From: Spirochaetota bacterium
GTDB lineage: Bacteria; Spirochaetota; JAHITG01; JAFGFC01
Direction: 5' to 3'
NCBI GenBank assembly: GCA_016931325.1
Contig: JAFGFC010000001.1
Location: 1,419-65,418 of the forward strand
DNA length: 64,000 nt
The notes below the pieces were generated by a model. It searched no databases and had not been told where the DNA came from. It saw nothing but the letters and a program-made list of their open reading frames with translations. Shown piece after piece: positions 1 through 9,631 of this stretch. The translations under genes were made by a program, and so were the position numbers. Position 1 is the first letter of the stretch; every line of letters begins with the position of its first letter.

Positions 1-187
1 TTTATATACCTTTCGACCCTAATATACAAAAACTAAATATATTATATCGTAAAAAAGGAAAAAGTCAAGAAAGAAAATCCCCCCTTGCCAGGGGCATTTC
101 CTGCTCATGACAAAGGGGATAGCCAATTTCATCTTGACTTTAAGGGCAAAAGAGTGTAATTTTTTTATCAAATACAGGAGATTTTTT

Positions 188-1429
188 ATGGATAATCTAA
201 AAATCTTTATTGCCAAAGCCGTAGAAGTCAAACCGATCCTATCCGTACTTTCAACAAAAATAAAGAATGAGGTTTTAAAAGAAATGGGCCGGCGTCTGGT
301 CAAATACATGGATCACTTGATAAAAGAGAATAAAAAAGACGTTGAACTGGCCCAGGACAATAAATTATCGCCGGCTCTTATAGACAGGCTTGTATTGAAT
401 GAAAAGCGAATAAAGGGAATGTCTGACGCTTGTGTTTCTATCGCTGAATTGGATGATCCTGTGGGAGAGATCGTATGGGGTGTTAAAAGGCCGAACGGCC
501 TTGAGATCAGGAAGGTTCGTGTTCCTATAGGTGTAATATTTGTGATCTATGAATCACGCCCCAATGTAACGGTCGATGCCGCTTCGCTGTGTTTTAAATC
601 AGGCAATGTCGCCCTTTTGAGAGGAGGATCCGAGAGCTTTAATTCCAATATGGCGTTGGTCAATATCCTGAAAGACACCCTGAGAGCCTTTTCCCTTCCC
701 CAGAACGCCATCATGTTCATTCCAACGACATCCAGAGAGGCGGTGAAACAGATACTGAAATATAACGACTCCATTGATCTTGTCATTCCCCGGGGCGGTG
801 AGAACCTGATCAAAATGGTGACAGAAGAGAGTCGCATCCCCGTGGTCTATCATGCCAAAGGGGTTTGCCATGTTTTTGTGGATGAATCAGCGGATAGGCA
901 GATGGCTGAAAACATTGTGATCAATGCGAAAACACAAAGGCCCGGTGTCTGTAATGCCATCGAGACACTGCTGGTGCACAAGAAATACAAGGGGACCAGA
1001 GAACTTTTAACCCGGCTGAATAAACTCAAAGTTCAGATCCGTGGTGATAAAAATATAAAAAAGATATTCCCAAAAGCCAGATTAGCCAAAACACAGGATT
1101 GGTCAGAGGAATATCTTGATCTTATTTTATCCGTTAAAATGGTAAAAGACATAGACGAAGCGATTGAGCATATTAAAAAATTTGGCTCAGCTCATTCTGA
1201 CGCTATTGTTACCAAAGATTTCAATAATGCGCAGAGGTTTGTTTCTGAAGTGGACAGTGCCGCTGTCTATATCAACGCATCAACACGATTTACAGATGGT
1301 GGTGAATTTGGCTTTGGAGCGGAGATGGGTATTTCAACACAAAAATTGCATTGTCGCGGACCCATGGGACTTGAGGACCTTACAACAACAAAATATATCA
1401 TACTGGGGCAGGGTCAGATCAGAGAATGA
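188..1429 (+). CDS. proA: gamma-glutamyl phosphate reductase (glutamate-5-semialdehyde dehydrogenase)
   Basis: Full-length match to the ProA aldehyde-dehydrogenase-like fold. The real start is probably ATG 188 (MDNLKIF) after AGGAG at 172-176. The ORF-track start at 107 is likely too early. Confidence 0.85.
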   Translation: MDNLKIFIAKAVEVKPILSVLSTKIKNEVLKEMGRRLVKYMDHLIKENKKDVELAQDNKLSPALIDRLVLNEKRIKGMSDACVSIAELDDPVGEIVWGVKRPNGLEIRKVRVPIGVIFVIYESRPNVTVDAASLCFKSGNVALLRGGSESFNSNMALVNILKDTLRAFSLPQNAIMFIPTTSREAVKQILKYNDSIDLVIPRGGENLIKMVTEESRIPVVYHAKGVCHVFVDESADRQMAENIVINAKTQRPGVCNAIETLLVHKKYKGTRELLTRLNKLKVQIRGDKNIKKIFPKARLAKTQDWSEEYLDLILSVKMVKDIDEAIEHIKKFGSAHSDAIVTKDFNNAQRFVSEVDSAAVYINASTRFTDGGEFGFGAEMGISTQKLHCRGPMGLEDLTTTKYIILGQGQIRE

Positions 1430-2007
1430 GAAAAAGATACGGAATCTTTGGCGGCACTTTTGACCCTGTACATGTGGGGCATCTTATCAGCGCACAGTAT
1501 ATCCTTACAGAATTTTCACTTGACAGGATCATTTTTATGCCGGCCTATATCCCTCCTCACAAAGCAGGGAAGAAGAGGCTTTCGTCAAATCATCGGTTGA
1601 TCATGGTGAAAAAGGCCATAAAGGGAAATAAGCATTTTACTGTTTCAAATTTTGAGATCGAGAAAAGAACCAGATCGTACACCATTCATACCCTGGAGCA
1701 CTATTTAAAAGAAAGCAGACTTTTTCTCATTATTGGGGATGAATGGCTGAATAGATTTTCAGATTGGCACAGATGGCGTGATATACTGGGCTATTCGGAT
1801 CTTATTGTTCTCAGACGGCAGGGGCTGGAAGTTAAAATCCCCGCTTTTTTAAATACATTTAAAAGAAAGATACATTTTTCATCAAACCCGTTGATCCAGG
1901 TCAGTTCCAGTTTGATCCGTCAGTATTTAAAGCAGAAGAAGGACATCCGGTATATGGTTCCCTCCTCTGTCTGGCAATATATACAGAAAAAGGAGCTTTA
2001 TGGATAA
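1426..2007 (+). CDS. nadD: nicotinate-nucleotide adenylyltransferase
   Basis: N-terminal GIFGGTFDPVHVGH (HxGH nucleotidyltransferase motif). Size is about 190 aa. The start overlaps the proA stop by 4 nt (ATGA). Confidence 0.85.
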   Translation: MRKRYGIFGGTFDPVHVGHLISAQYILTEFSLDRIIFMPAYIPPHKAGKKRLSSNHRLIMVKKAIKGNKHFTVSNFEIEKRTRSYTIHTLEHYLKESRLFLIIGDEWLNRFSDWHRWRDILGYSDLIVLRRQGLEVKIPAFLNTFKRKIHFSSNPLIQVSSSLIRQYLKQKKDIRYMVPSSVWQYIQKKELYG

Positions 2008-3214
2008 GGAAAAACTGAATAAGAAAAAAGAGAAAAAAGATACCAGGACCAGCTTTGTCATCACCATGGGTATTTTAATAATACTTTTAATTGTATTGAT
2101 CTATATTTATGTACACTATTATTTCCTGGGGGGCAGAGCCAAATCCTATATTTCCAGGGGAAAGCCGGTCGCCTGTCTGTTCCTGGGATTGGATGATTCA
2201 GAAAAAAATAAAAAAGCGGATACCATTATAATCGGGATTTACAATCCGCCAACAAAAAGAATGGGCATTATTTTTATTCCACGCGATCTCAGGTTAAAGG
2301 TGCCGACAAATCTGGGCATAAAGCAGGAAAAAGCCAGTGTTATTCTTACACGGTACGGATTAAAAAAAATGGTTAAAGTAATAGAGGATTTCCTTCATAT
2401 GGATATTCCCTATCATGCTACCATGGATATCGAGGGGTTGATCAAGATCATCGATCTGTTAGGCAGTGTGGAAATATTCGTGGATAAACCCATGAAATAC
2501 ATTGATCAGGCTGCCGGTCTGTATATTGATATACCCCGGGGTATTATGAAAGTAGATGGCCTGCAGGTTATGAAATTTATACGTTTCAGAGATGATGAAA
2601 GGGGAGATATCGGAAGGATCGACAGACAGTTTGAATTAATGATCAATGTTATTCAAAAGGGTATTCTGGGAAAAAATATACTGACAGATATAAAGTTTAT
2701 CAAATTGATCCTTCGCTATATTGATACAAATATCAATTTTCGGGATCTGATCAGTCTGCTTCGTGATACTTCAGAAGCTGATTTCAAGAACATCGAGATG
2801 ATAAGGATTCCCGGCAAGTTCATAAAGGTGTACGGAGTGGACTATATTGAACCGGACGAGCAGAAGACAAAAAAGATCGTTATTGATTTTTTCAAGACAT
2901 TAAATAAATTAAAAGGGCAGTGCATTCCGTCGGAAATAAAGGTCCAGGTTCTTAACGGTAGCGGCAAATCGGGTGTGGCCCGGTCTGCCAGAGATAAACT
3001 GGTAAGGAATGGTTTTAATGTGGTTGAATTCGGGAATGCTGATTCGCAGAATTATCAAAATACTATTATTCTTGATCGTTCAGGCAATATTCAAAAAAGT
3101 CAGGCGGTTTCCCGGATCCTTCAATGTGACAAGATCTACCCCAAGATCAATTACTTTATTCTGGTAGATGTGACGGTTATTGTAGGAAAGGATTATAAGA
3201 ATATATTGAGATAA
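2000..3214 (+). CDS. LytR-CpsA-Psr (LCP) family protein with C-terminal LytR_C-like domain
   Basis: N-terminal TM anchor. The LCP core contains conserved Arg and Asp residues (PRDLRLKVP..., RFRDDERGDIGRIDRQ). The C-terminal region (QVLNGSGKSGVARSARDKL...) resembles the LytR C-terminal domain. Confidence 0.65.
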   Translation: MDKEKLNKKKEKKDTRTSFVITMGILIILLIVLIYIYVHYYFLGGRAKSYISRGKPVACLFLGLDDSEKNKKADTIIIGIYNPPTKRMGIIFIPRDLRLKVPTNLGIKQEKASVILTRYGLKKMVKVIEDFLHMDIPYHATMDIEGLIKIIDLLGSVEIFVDKPMKYIDQAAGLYIDIPRGIMKVDGLQVMKFIRFRDDERGDIGRIDRQFELMINVIQKGILGKNILTDIKFIKLILRYIDTNINFRDLISLLRDTSEADFKNIEMIRIPGKFIKVYGVDYIEPDEQKTKKIVIDFFKTLNKLKGQCIPSEIKVQVLNGSGKSGVARSARDKLVRNGFNVVEFGNADSQNYQNTIILDRSGNIQKSQAVSRILQCDKIYPKINYFILVDVTVIVGKDYKNILR

Positions 3215-3218
3215 AAGT

Positions 3219-3572
3219 ATGAAACCCTTTGACCTGGTAAAAGAGATCGTTGGCAAACTCGAAGAAAAAAAAGCAGAAAATATTGTTGTTCTTGATCTAA
3301 AAAGGCTAACAACCCTAACGGATTATTTCATTATCGCTACAGGGACTTCGTTCCCACATCTCAAAGCCCTGGCCAGGGAGATTGTGAATCAGGCAAAGGA
3401 GAAGCATTCACTGGTTCCTCTCAACCCCTTGCCTGAAGGAGATGATTCCTGGGTACTTGTCGATTATCAGGATTGTATTGTCCATTTATTTCTGGAAGAA
3501 AGCCGGCAGTTCTACAATCTTGAAGAGTTATGGTTTGAGTCCAAAAAAGTGGATATAAAAACGCATGGTTAA
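3219..3572 (+). CDS. rsfS: ribosomal silencing factor RsfS (Iojap family)
   Basis: 117 aa. The DYFIIATGTS...HLKAL pattern is typical of RsfS/Iojap. It sits in the conserved nadD neighbourhood. Confidence 0.8.
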   Translation: MKPFDLVKEIVGKLEEKKAENIVVLDLKRLTTLTDYFIIATGTSFPHLKALAREIVNQAKEKHSLVPLNPLPEGDDSWVLVDYQDCIVHLFLEESRQFYNLEELWFESKKVDIKTHG

Positions 3573-5193
3573 AATAAAATCGAAAGACAGCCCGGACTCT
3601 ACAAAAGGACGGCTTAAGGAACTTTCTACCTTTTATAATCTTTACAGGGCCACCTGTTCTACCCTTAATTTAAACGAACTGTTAAATGTGATCATGGAGA
3701 TGACCCTGAATATGATCAAAGCTGAAGTAGGCCTTATTTTTCTTTATAATAAAAGGACAAAGGAAAAGTCCGGGTATGTTCCCTGGGGGCTGGGTAAGGA
3801 GATACTGGAAAAAATATATTATAAAAAAAAGACAAATTTAATCGACTGGTTACAAAGCAGGGATAAAGCCCTTCTCATCAGGGATTTTGACAGGGATAAA
3901 GATTTTTACTATAGCCTGGAAAAAAGGATATTTATAAAATCTCTTCTTTATGCCCCATTAATAACAAAAACAAAAAGGATTGGAGGGATCATACTGGCTA
4001 ATAAATCTCACTACGATAAGATTATCAATTTTACTCAGGAAGATCTGAATATCTTCCAGACCATATCCGGTCAGATATCAGTCGCTATTGAGAATTCTCA
4101 ACTGTATGAACAGGTTGTTGATATAAAGAATTACAATCTTGGCATTGTGAACAGTATTAATATAGGAGTGATCACGACTTCCTTTGATAAAAGGATCATT
4201 ACCGTAAACAAGGTGGCCGAGTTTATTTTCAATATCCGGGAGAGGGATATGACCGGTCGGCCGGTGGCGGTTCTGTTTAAGAATATTGAGAAAAAGAAGA
4301 AACATGTTATTTTGCAAGCTCTGGACCGCAATGAGAATCTTATAAATTTTGAATCCGATGTAAATCTCTCTGATGGTGAAAAAAGGATCCTGAGTATTTC
4401 CACATCCAATTTAAAAGGAGGGGAAGACACGATTATAGGGTATGTTATCTCAGTTCAGGATATCAGTGAAAAAAATAGGCTTGAAGAACAGATTCAGCGA
4501 AGTGAACAACTCACAGCCCTTGGACAGCTGTCAGCCGGTATTGCTCATGAGATCAAGAATCCTTTAACTTCCATAAAGGGTTTTACACAGCTGTTGCCGG
4601 ACAAGTTGAACGATAAAGAGTTTCTTGTAAAATACTCCCAGGTGATTCGTCGCGAGGTGGATCGGTTGAACAATATTATTGAGGAACTGTTACAGTTTGC
4701 CCGGCCCAGGGTAAAAGGATTTGAACAATTTAATTTAATCAGGATACTTGATAAGGCTTTGGCTCTTTTACGTTTTCAACTGGATAAAAACAGTATCGAG
4801 TTAAATCTGGTCTTAAAAGATCTTCCGGATGTGTACGGCGATCCCAGGCAGATGGAGCAGGTTTTCATTAATCTAATTTTAAACGCCGTACAGGCTATGC
4901 CTGCCGGGGGTGAACTTGAGATCAAAAGCCAGGTCGCCATAAAGAAATCTCCTCAGAATCTCTACTATGAATACGCAGAGATGTCTTTTCACGATACCGG
5001 GCATGGACTTGATGGGCAGGCCTTGAAAAAGATGTTCAATCCTTTTTTTACAACAAAAAACAAAGGGACCGGACTGGGCCTTTCCATTTCACATCGTATT
5101 GTCACTGAGCATAAGGGTTTTATCCAGGTACATAGTGAGCCTGAAAAGGGGGCGACGTTTATTATTTCCATACCGACGATGAGTAATTTTTAA
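3565..5193 (+). CDS. cytoplasmic sensor histidine kinase (GAF + PAS + HisKA + HATPase_c)
   Basis: H-box IAHEIKNPLTSIKGF. N, G1 and G2 boxes are present near the C-terminus (NLILNAVQAM, GTGLGLSISHRIV). No TM segments were seen. Confidence 0.85.
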   Translation: MVKIKSKDSPDSTKGRLKELSTFYNLYRATCSTLNLNELLNVIMEMTLNMIKAEVGLIFLYNKRTKEKSGYVPWGLGKEILEKIYYKKKTNLIDWLQSRDKALLIRDFDRDKDFYYSLEKRIFIKSLLYAPLITKTKRIGGIILANKSHYDKIINFTQEDLNIFQTISGQISVAIENSQLYEQVVDIKNYNLGIVNSINIGVITTSFDKRIITVNKVAEFIFNIRERDMTGRPVAVLFKNIEKKKKHVILQALDRNENLINFESDVNLSDGEKRILSISTSNLKGGEDTIIGYVISVQDISEKNRLEEQIQRSEQLTALGQLSAGIAHEIKNPLTSIKGFTQLLPDKLNDKEFLVKYSQVIRREVDRLNNIIEELLQFARPRVKGFEQFNLIRILDKALALLRFQLDKNSIELNLVLKDLPDVYGDPRQMEQVFINLILNAVQAMPAGGELEIKSQVAIKKSPQNLYYEYAEMSFHDTGHGLDGQALKKMFNPFFTTKNKGTGLGLSISHRIVTEHKGFIQVHSEPEKGATFIISIPTMSNF

Positions 5194-5247
5194 AATAGTA
5201 TAAGAGACAGGAAAAATACGATAATTCAAGTTTAAAAGGAGAGAACC

Positions 5248-6612
5248 ATGAAAAGAAAGATCCTTGTGGCTGATGATGAGATCGGGGTCAGAGAGCTTTT
5301 CAAAGAACTGTTAAAAGATGATTATAAGGTATCATTCGCTACCAACGGTGAAGAAGCCATTGATATGATAGAAAAAGATCTGCCTGAAGTCGTTCTTTTG
5401 GATATCAGGATGCCTAAAAAGGACGGACTGGAAGTATTACAGGAGGTCAAAGACAGGGATATATCCATTATTATCATTATTATTACTGCGGACAGGGATT
5501 TAAATTCAGCGATCAAAGCCATGAAGCTGGGAGCCTATGATTATGTGGTCAAACCTTTTGAGAATGACAAGATACTCAAGATCATTCAGAATGCTTTTGA
5601 AAAATCGGATCTGGAAAAGACAGTTAAGACATTAAAAAAAGAGATTACCAAGCAGTACAGCTTTAAAAATATAATTGGACAGGGCAAGAATATGCAAAAG
5701 GTCTATGAGGTGATAAACAAAGTGATTAATAATGATTCAACGGTACTGTTGACCGGGGAGAGCGGGACCGGCAAAGAGATCGTAGCCCGGTCCATCCACT
5801 ATAACGGACATCGCAAAGAAGGTCCCTTCGTCGCTGTTGATTGCGCCTCCATACCGGAAACACTTATCGAATCCGAACTTTTCGGTCATGAAAAAGGATC
5901 TTATACAGGCGCTTTAAAAAGAAAGATAGGCAAATTTGAGATGGCTCACCGTGGAACGATCTTTCTTGATGAGATCGGTAACCTGAAAATGGATATTCAG
6001 GCTAAACTGTTGCGGGTCTTACAGGAAAGAGAATTCAGCCGCGTAGGCGGGAATGAGAAAATACAGGTAGATGTACGGATCATTGCGGCTACCAATGCCA
6101 ATTTAGAAGGGTTGATCAATAAAGGGGTCTTCAGGGAGGATCTGTTCTATCGATTAAATGTAGTCCCTTTTAAATTACCTCCTCTCAGAGAGCGAAAGGA
6201 AGATATCCCTCTTTTAATTCAGCATTTTCTAAGGATCTTTAACAAAGAGTTTAATAAAAATATTACGTTGTCACCCAAGGTCATTGATTATTTTATAAAA
6301 TATCCCTGGCCCGGCAATGTCCGCGAGCTGGAGAACAATATTCAAAGGATAGTGGTCACAGCTGATCATAATGTGATAAAATTGGATGATATGCCGGATT
6401 CGATCAAGAGGATGGGCGAGAAAAAGTCAGATGGGATAAAAGCCGGGATGAAGCTGGATGAGGCTGAAAAATATCTGATCACAGAGACCCTTGTGGCTAA
6501 TAATTTTAATATGAGCAAGACGTCCAAGATCCTTGGCGTTACCCGTAAAACACTTCATAATAAGATCGCCCGGTACAAGATCAAGACCCGCCCTAAAACC
6601 TCGAAAGGTTAA
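5248..6612 (+). CDS. sigma-54-dependent response regulator (NtrC family: REC + AAA+ sigma-54 activator + Fis-type HTH)
   Basis: REC domain with the phospho-acceptor Asp in LLDIRMP. Walker A GESGTGKE. A GAFTGA-like loop (GSYTGA). C-terminal HTH (MSKTSKILGVTRKTLHNKI). Confidence 0.85.
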   Translation: MKRKILVADDEIGVRELFKELLKDDYKVSFATNGEEAIDMIEKDLPEVVLLDIRMPKKDGLEVLQEVKDRDISIIIIIITADRDLNSAIKAMKLGAYDYVVKPFENDKILKIIQNAFEKSDLEKTVKTLKKEITKQYSFKNIIGQGKNMQKVYEVINKVINNDSTVLLTGESGTGKEIVARSIHYNGHRKEGPFVAVDCASIPETLIESELFGHEKGSYTGALKRKIGKFEMAHRGTIFLDEIGNLKMDIQAKLLRVLQEREFSRVGGNEKIQVDVRIIAATNANLEGLINKGVFREDLFYRLNVVPFKLPPLRERKEDIPLLIQHFLRIFNKEFNKNITLSPKVIDYFIKYPWPGNVRELENNIQRIVVTADHNVIKLDDMPDSIKRMGEKKSDGIKAGMKLDEAEKYLITETLVANNFNMSKTSKILGVTRKTLHNKIARYKIKTRPKTSKG

Positions 6613-6636
6613 TTTTTACCACTGAAAACACCCTTA

Positions 6637-6686
6637 GAGATTGCGTGAGCAATCTCAAGGCCTGGAATTTCTCCAGGAGAAATTCT
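6637..6686 (+). promoter_or_regulatory. two adjacent or overlapping stem-loops immediately 3' of the response-regulator gene
   Basis: GAGATTGC-gtga-GCAATCTC (8 bp stem, 6637-6656), then CCTGGA-atttc-TCCAGG (6661-6677), which overlaps GAATTTCTCC-a-GGAGAAATTC (6665-6685). None has a clear U-tract. Confidence 0.4.
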
Positions 6687-6893
6687 GAGGGGCTGAATTA
6701 GTTGAAATAATAAGAATAAAAAATTACTAATTAAAAAAAATTAATTTTTATCAGCTTGATGATATTTAAAAATTCAGTGTCCTCTATGGTTTTCTTAATC
6801 TTTTAAAAAACTTGATTTTTTAAAAATAATGGTTATTTTATAAAACCCGCCTGACCAGGGTCAAGGGAAAATTCAAGGGAAAGGATCAATATC

Positions 6894-8900
6894 ATGCTTT
6901 ACATTAAAAAAAAATTGCGCTATATAAGGAAAAAGGGAGATAGGATCAGAATTTTAGCCGGTCTTTTTTCTGTCTTGCTTTTTCTTCTTCTTTATCGATC
7001 AGTTTTAATAAGTGATAATTTTAAATTGCACAAGCCCGGGACAGAAAATATCATCGACTATTCAAAATACGGGAAATTCAAGAATCTTGACAACCCGGGC
7101 TATCGCTATGTCATTACGAAAAGAAAAGAACTGTTACAGGCAGTCGGTGAGGGAATTTATCCCAGTACAAGCGTTTTCAAAGACCCGGAATACAAAAAAC
7201 TTTTAAAGCAGGGCAAACTGGAGGGGAACCATTGGAAGTTTGTGGATACAAAAGCGCACAAGATCAATTTCTATAAATGGGCTACCACTCAGGAAGACCC
7301 CGGTGTCAAGCAGTATTATATCGGCATCATGTTTGAACGGCTGGGTATGTTAAAAGAAGCCATCAAGGCTTATCATGCGGTTGCGGTCCATTTCCCGAAA
7401 TCCATCAGCTATACCTACTGGAATTCTCCTTTTTCTGTCGCCCAGGTGGCTTTGGACCGTATCGAGATCCTATGCCGGCGTAACCCGGAATTGGGCATGA
7501 AACTGGTGGACTCGAGGATCTTTGTAGAGAACGGTTTTGATGTGGAACCGGGGAATGATAAATTTTATATCAATCCCGGAAAGATCATCAGGGTTTCTGT
7601 GGATGCTGTTGAGAAGAAGAAACAATTTGACAAGAAAGATATTGTCAGGACCGTGGGCGGGAAGAAAGTCAAACTTGTCAGGTACAAGAACGGGCACTGG
7701 CAGCTTTTGGTAGATGAAAAACCGTTCATTATCAAAGCCATAGCCTATTCCCCCAATAAGGTGGGCTTGAGTCCGGACAGAGGAGAGCTGGACCCGAGCC
7801 GGGACTGGCAGAAACAGGATTTTAATAAAAATGATCTTGTCGATGGCCCTTTTGAGGCCTGGGTCGATAAGAATTTCAATAATAAACAGGATAAGGACGA
7901 GAAACCCGTAGGAGACGCTCAACTTTTAAAAGAGATGGGATGTAATACGTTCAGGATCTACAGTCATATTGTTAATAAAGAACTTTTCAGGGAATTACAT
8001 AAAAAATATGGGTTCATGGTCATGATCGGGGATCTGGTCGGCGGATATGCTACGGAAAGCGGGGCGACCTGGGATGAGGGAACTGATTATGAGGATTTCG
8101 AACAGCAGGAAAGGATGCTGAAAAATGTTGAAAAAATGGTCCTTGAATACAAGGATGAGCCCTATACGCTTATGTGGGTTCTGGGTAATGAGAATGTCTA
8201 TGGCGTGGCCAACAATGCGGACAGAAAGCCGGAAGCCTTTTTCAAATTCATTAACCGTGTGGCCAAACTGGTCCATAAACTTGATCCCGAACATCCTGTG
8301 GCGGTGGCTAACGGGGATCTGAAATTTCTTGATATCTGCGCTAAACAGGCGCCTGAGATCGATATTTTCGGATGTAATGCTTACCGGGGATCATTTGGTT
8401 TTGGCAGAGCCCTGTTCCAGAATGTAAAGGAACTGATGGATAAACCGGCCATTATCACAGAATACGGGTGCAGCGCTTATGCAGAAGGATTCACCGAGGA
8501 AGACGTGCTTGCATTTCAGGCAGAATACCACAAGAACAACTGGGAGGATATCTATTTTCACACGGCCGGTTCAGGCGTGGGCAATGCCCTGGGCGGAGTG
8601 GTCTTTGAATGGGTGGATGAATGGTGGAAAGCCAACTCTGACCTTCCCAAAAGGATCCAGTTGCAGCATAAAGAGTGGTATGAGACAAAAAAACATCATT
8701 ATGCCAAGCTCCATCACGGGCTGGGTTGCACGTACCATGTCATTGTTCCGCAGTTCGGGGCTCCTTTTCTCGATGGATGGAGCTATGAAGAATGGTATGG
8801 TCTGTGGTCCCAGGGGGACGGTTGCCACAGTCCTTATATGAGGCAGAAACGACCGGTTTATGATATGTACACAGAGGTCTGGAACAGGATAAAACCCTAG
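6894..8900 (+). CDS. membrane-anchored glycoside hydrolase, GH2-like (clan GH-A TIM barrel)
   Basis: N-terminal TM or signal anchor. WVLGNENVYG carries an acid/base NE motif. IITEYGCSAY resembles the GH2 nucleophile motif (ITEYG). A sandwich-like region precedes the barrel. Confidence 0.55.
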   Translation: MLYIKKKLRYIRKKGDRIRILAGLFSVLLFLLLYRSVLISDNFKLHKPGTENIIDYSKYGKFKNLDNPGYRYVITKRKELLQAVGEGIYPSTSVFKDPEYKKLLKQGKLEGNHWKFVDTKAHKINFYKWATTQEDPGVKQYYIGIMFERLGMLKEAIKAYHAVAVHFPKSISYTYWNSPFSVAQVALDRIEILCRRNPELGMKLVDSRIFVENGFDVEPGNDKFYINPGKIIRVSVDAVEKKKQFDKKDIVRTVGGKKVKLVRYKNGHWQLLVDEKPFIIKAIAYSPNKVGLSPDRGELDPSRDWQKQDFNKNDLVDGPFEAWVDKNFNNKQDKDEKPVGDAQLLKEMGCNTFRIYSHIVNKELFRELHKKYGFMVMIGDLVGGYATESGATWDEGTDYEDFEQQERMLKNVEKMVLEYKDEPYTLMWVLGNENVYGVANNADRKPEAFFKFINRVAKLVHKLDPEHPVAVANGDLKFLDICAKQAPEIDIFGCNAYRGSFGFGRALFQNVKELMDKPAIITEYGCSAYAEGFTEEDVLAFQAEYHKNNWEDIYFHTAGSGVGNALGGVVFEWVDEWWKANSDLPKRIQLQHKEWYETKKHHYAKLHHGLGCTYHVIVPQFGAPFLDGWSYEEWYGLWSQGDGCHSPYMRQKRPVYDMYTEVWNRIKP

Positions 8901-8930
8901 CCGGGAAAATAAAAATTTTTTAAAAAATAC

Positions 8931-8958
8931 TTGACAAATTTAAAATCAGCGTTATATT
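8931..8958 (+). promoter_or_regulatory. sigma-70-type promoter of the tetR-efflux operon (TTGACA-16-TATATT)
   Basis: TTGACA at 8931-8936, a 16 nt spacer, then TATATT at 8953-8958, about 45 nt upstream of the tetR RBS. Confidence 0.6.
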
Positions 8959-8996
8959 ACTTACTGGTCAGTAATAGATTACTTACTGTTAAGTAA
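8956..8996 (+). promoter_or_regulatory. two palindromic operator-like sites (likely TetR binding)
   Basis: TTACTG-GT-CAGTAA (8961-8974) and TTACT-GTTA-AGTAA (8983-8996). Each lies inside a 22-bp-spaced direct repeat ATTACTTACTG (8956 and 8978). Both overlap or follow the -10 element. Confidence 0.6.
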
Positions 8997-9034
8997 CCTA
9001 TTTGGGAAGCGTTGGTAAAAAACGAGGGCCGGAC

Positions 9035-9631
9035 ATGCGAAATGAGACCGTAGAAAAAAGACGAAAAGAGATATTCCAGGCGGCTTTGAAGATCTTCAGC
9101 CAGAAAGGCTTTGATAAGGCCACGCTGGATGAGATCGCTGATAAGGTAAAACTGTCAAAACCCGCCCTGTACCTTTATTTCAAGAACAAAGAGAATCTTA
9201 TTATCAGTTTGGTCGATGAGATATTGAAAGAGTATAATGAAACATTTGAAAGTGATATCCGTGCCTGTAAAAAACCTTTTGAAAAATTGAGATTTATCAT
9301 CTCCAACCAGATTGATTTTTTTAAAAGGAATAAGGAATTTTTCAGGATCACCCGGAATATCCATATCGAGTCCGCCTCAAAAGAAAAGTCCCATCTTCAT
9401 AATAAATTCATGATCATGTACACAGACTATATGGAAAAGATCGTATCCGTCATCCATGAGTGCATCAAGGCTAAACTATTAATAGAAGAAGACAAATATT
9501 TCTTAACATTTTCCCTTATGGGACTGATCAACCATAATGTGATACAGTGTTTGTGGCGATTCAACGGGAAATTCCCCAGGGATTTGGATAAAAAGATCCT
9601 TGATCTTTTCTTGAAAGGAGCCGGCCGATGA
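9035..9631 (+). CDS. TetR/AcrR family transcriptional regulator
   Basis: N-terminal TetR HTH (ATLDEIADKVKLSKPALYLYFKNKENL). The likely start is ATG 9035 after GAGGG. The ORF-track start at 9002 is a TTG. It precedes the efflux genes with a 4-nt overlap. Confidence 0.85.
   Translation: MRNETVEKRRKEIFQAALKIFSQKGFDKATLDEIADKVKLSKPALYLYFKNKENLIISLVDEILKEYNETFESDIRACKKPFEKLRFIISNQIDFFKRNKEFFRITRNIHIESASKEKSHLHNKFMIMYTDYMEKIVSVIHECIKAKLLIEEDKYFLTFSLMGLINHNVIQCLWRFNGKFPRDLDKKILDLFLKGAGR

Noticed and set aside
547-871. Antisense ORFs inside proA (547..837, 599..871). The same pattern occurs inside many other confirmed genes, e.g. 4078..4430, 7470..7922, 12876..13857, 16191..17005, 40729..41490, 53414..53671.
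   Set aside because: They are fully embedded in well-supported conserved genes on the opposite strand. They have no RBS or homology signal. These are typical spurious six-frame ORFs.
5461-5492. ATT/ATC trinucleotide repeat (atatccattattatcattattattact)
   Set aside because: It lies inside the response-regulator REC domain and encodes the hydrophobic beta-strand IIIIII. It is coding low complexity, not a regulatory repeat.
6613-6893. Sigma-54 (-24/-12) promoter upstream of the GH2-like gene
   Set aside because: I looked for GG-N10-GC in a TGGCAC-N5-TTGC context, including around the TTGCG at 6641. The spacing and flanks do not fit. No call made.
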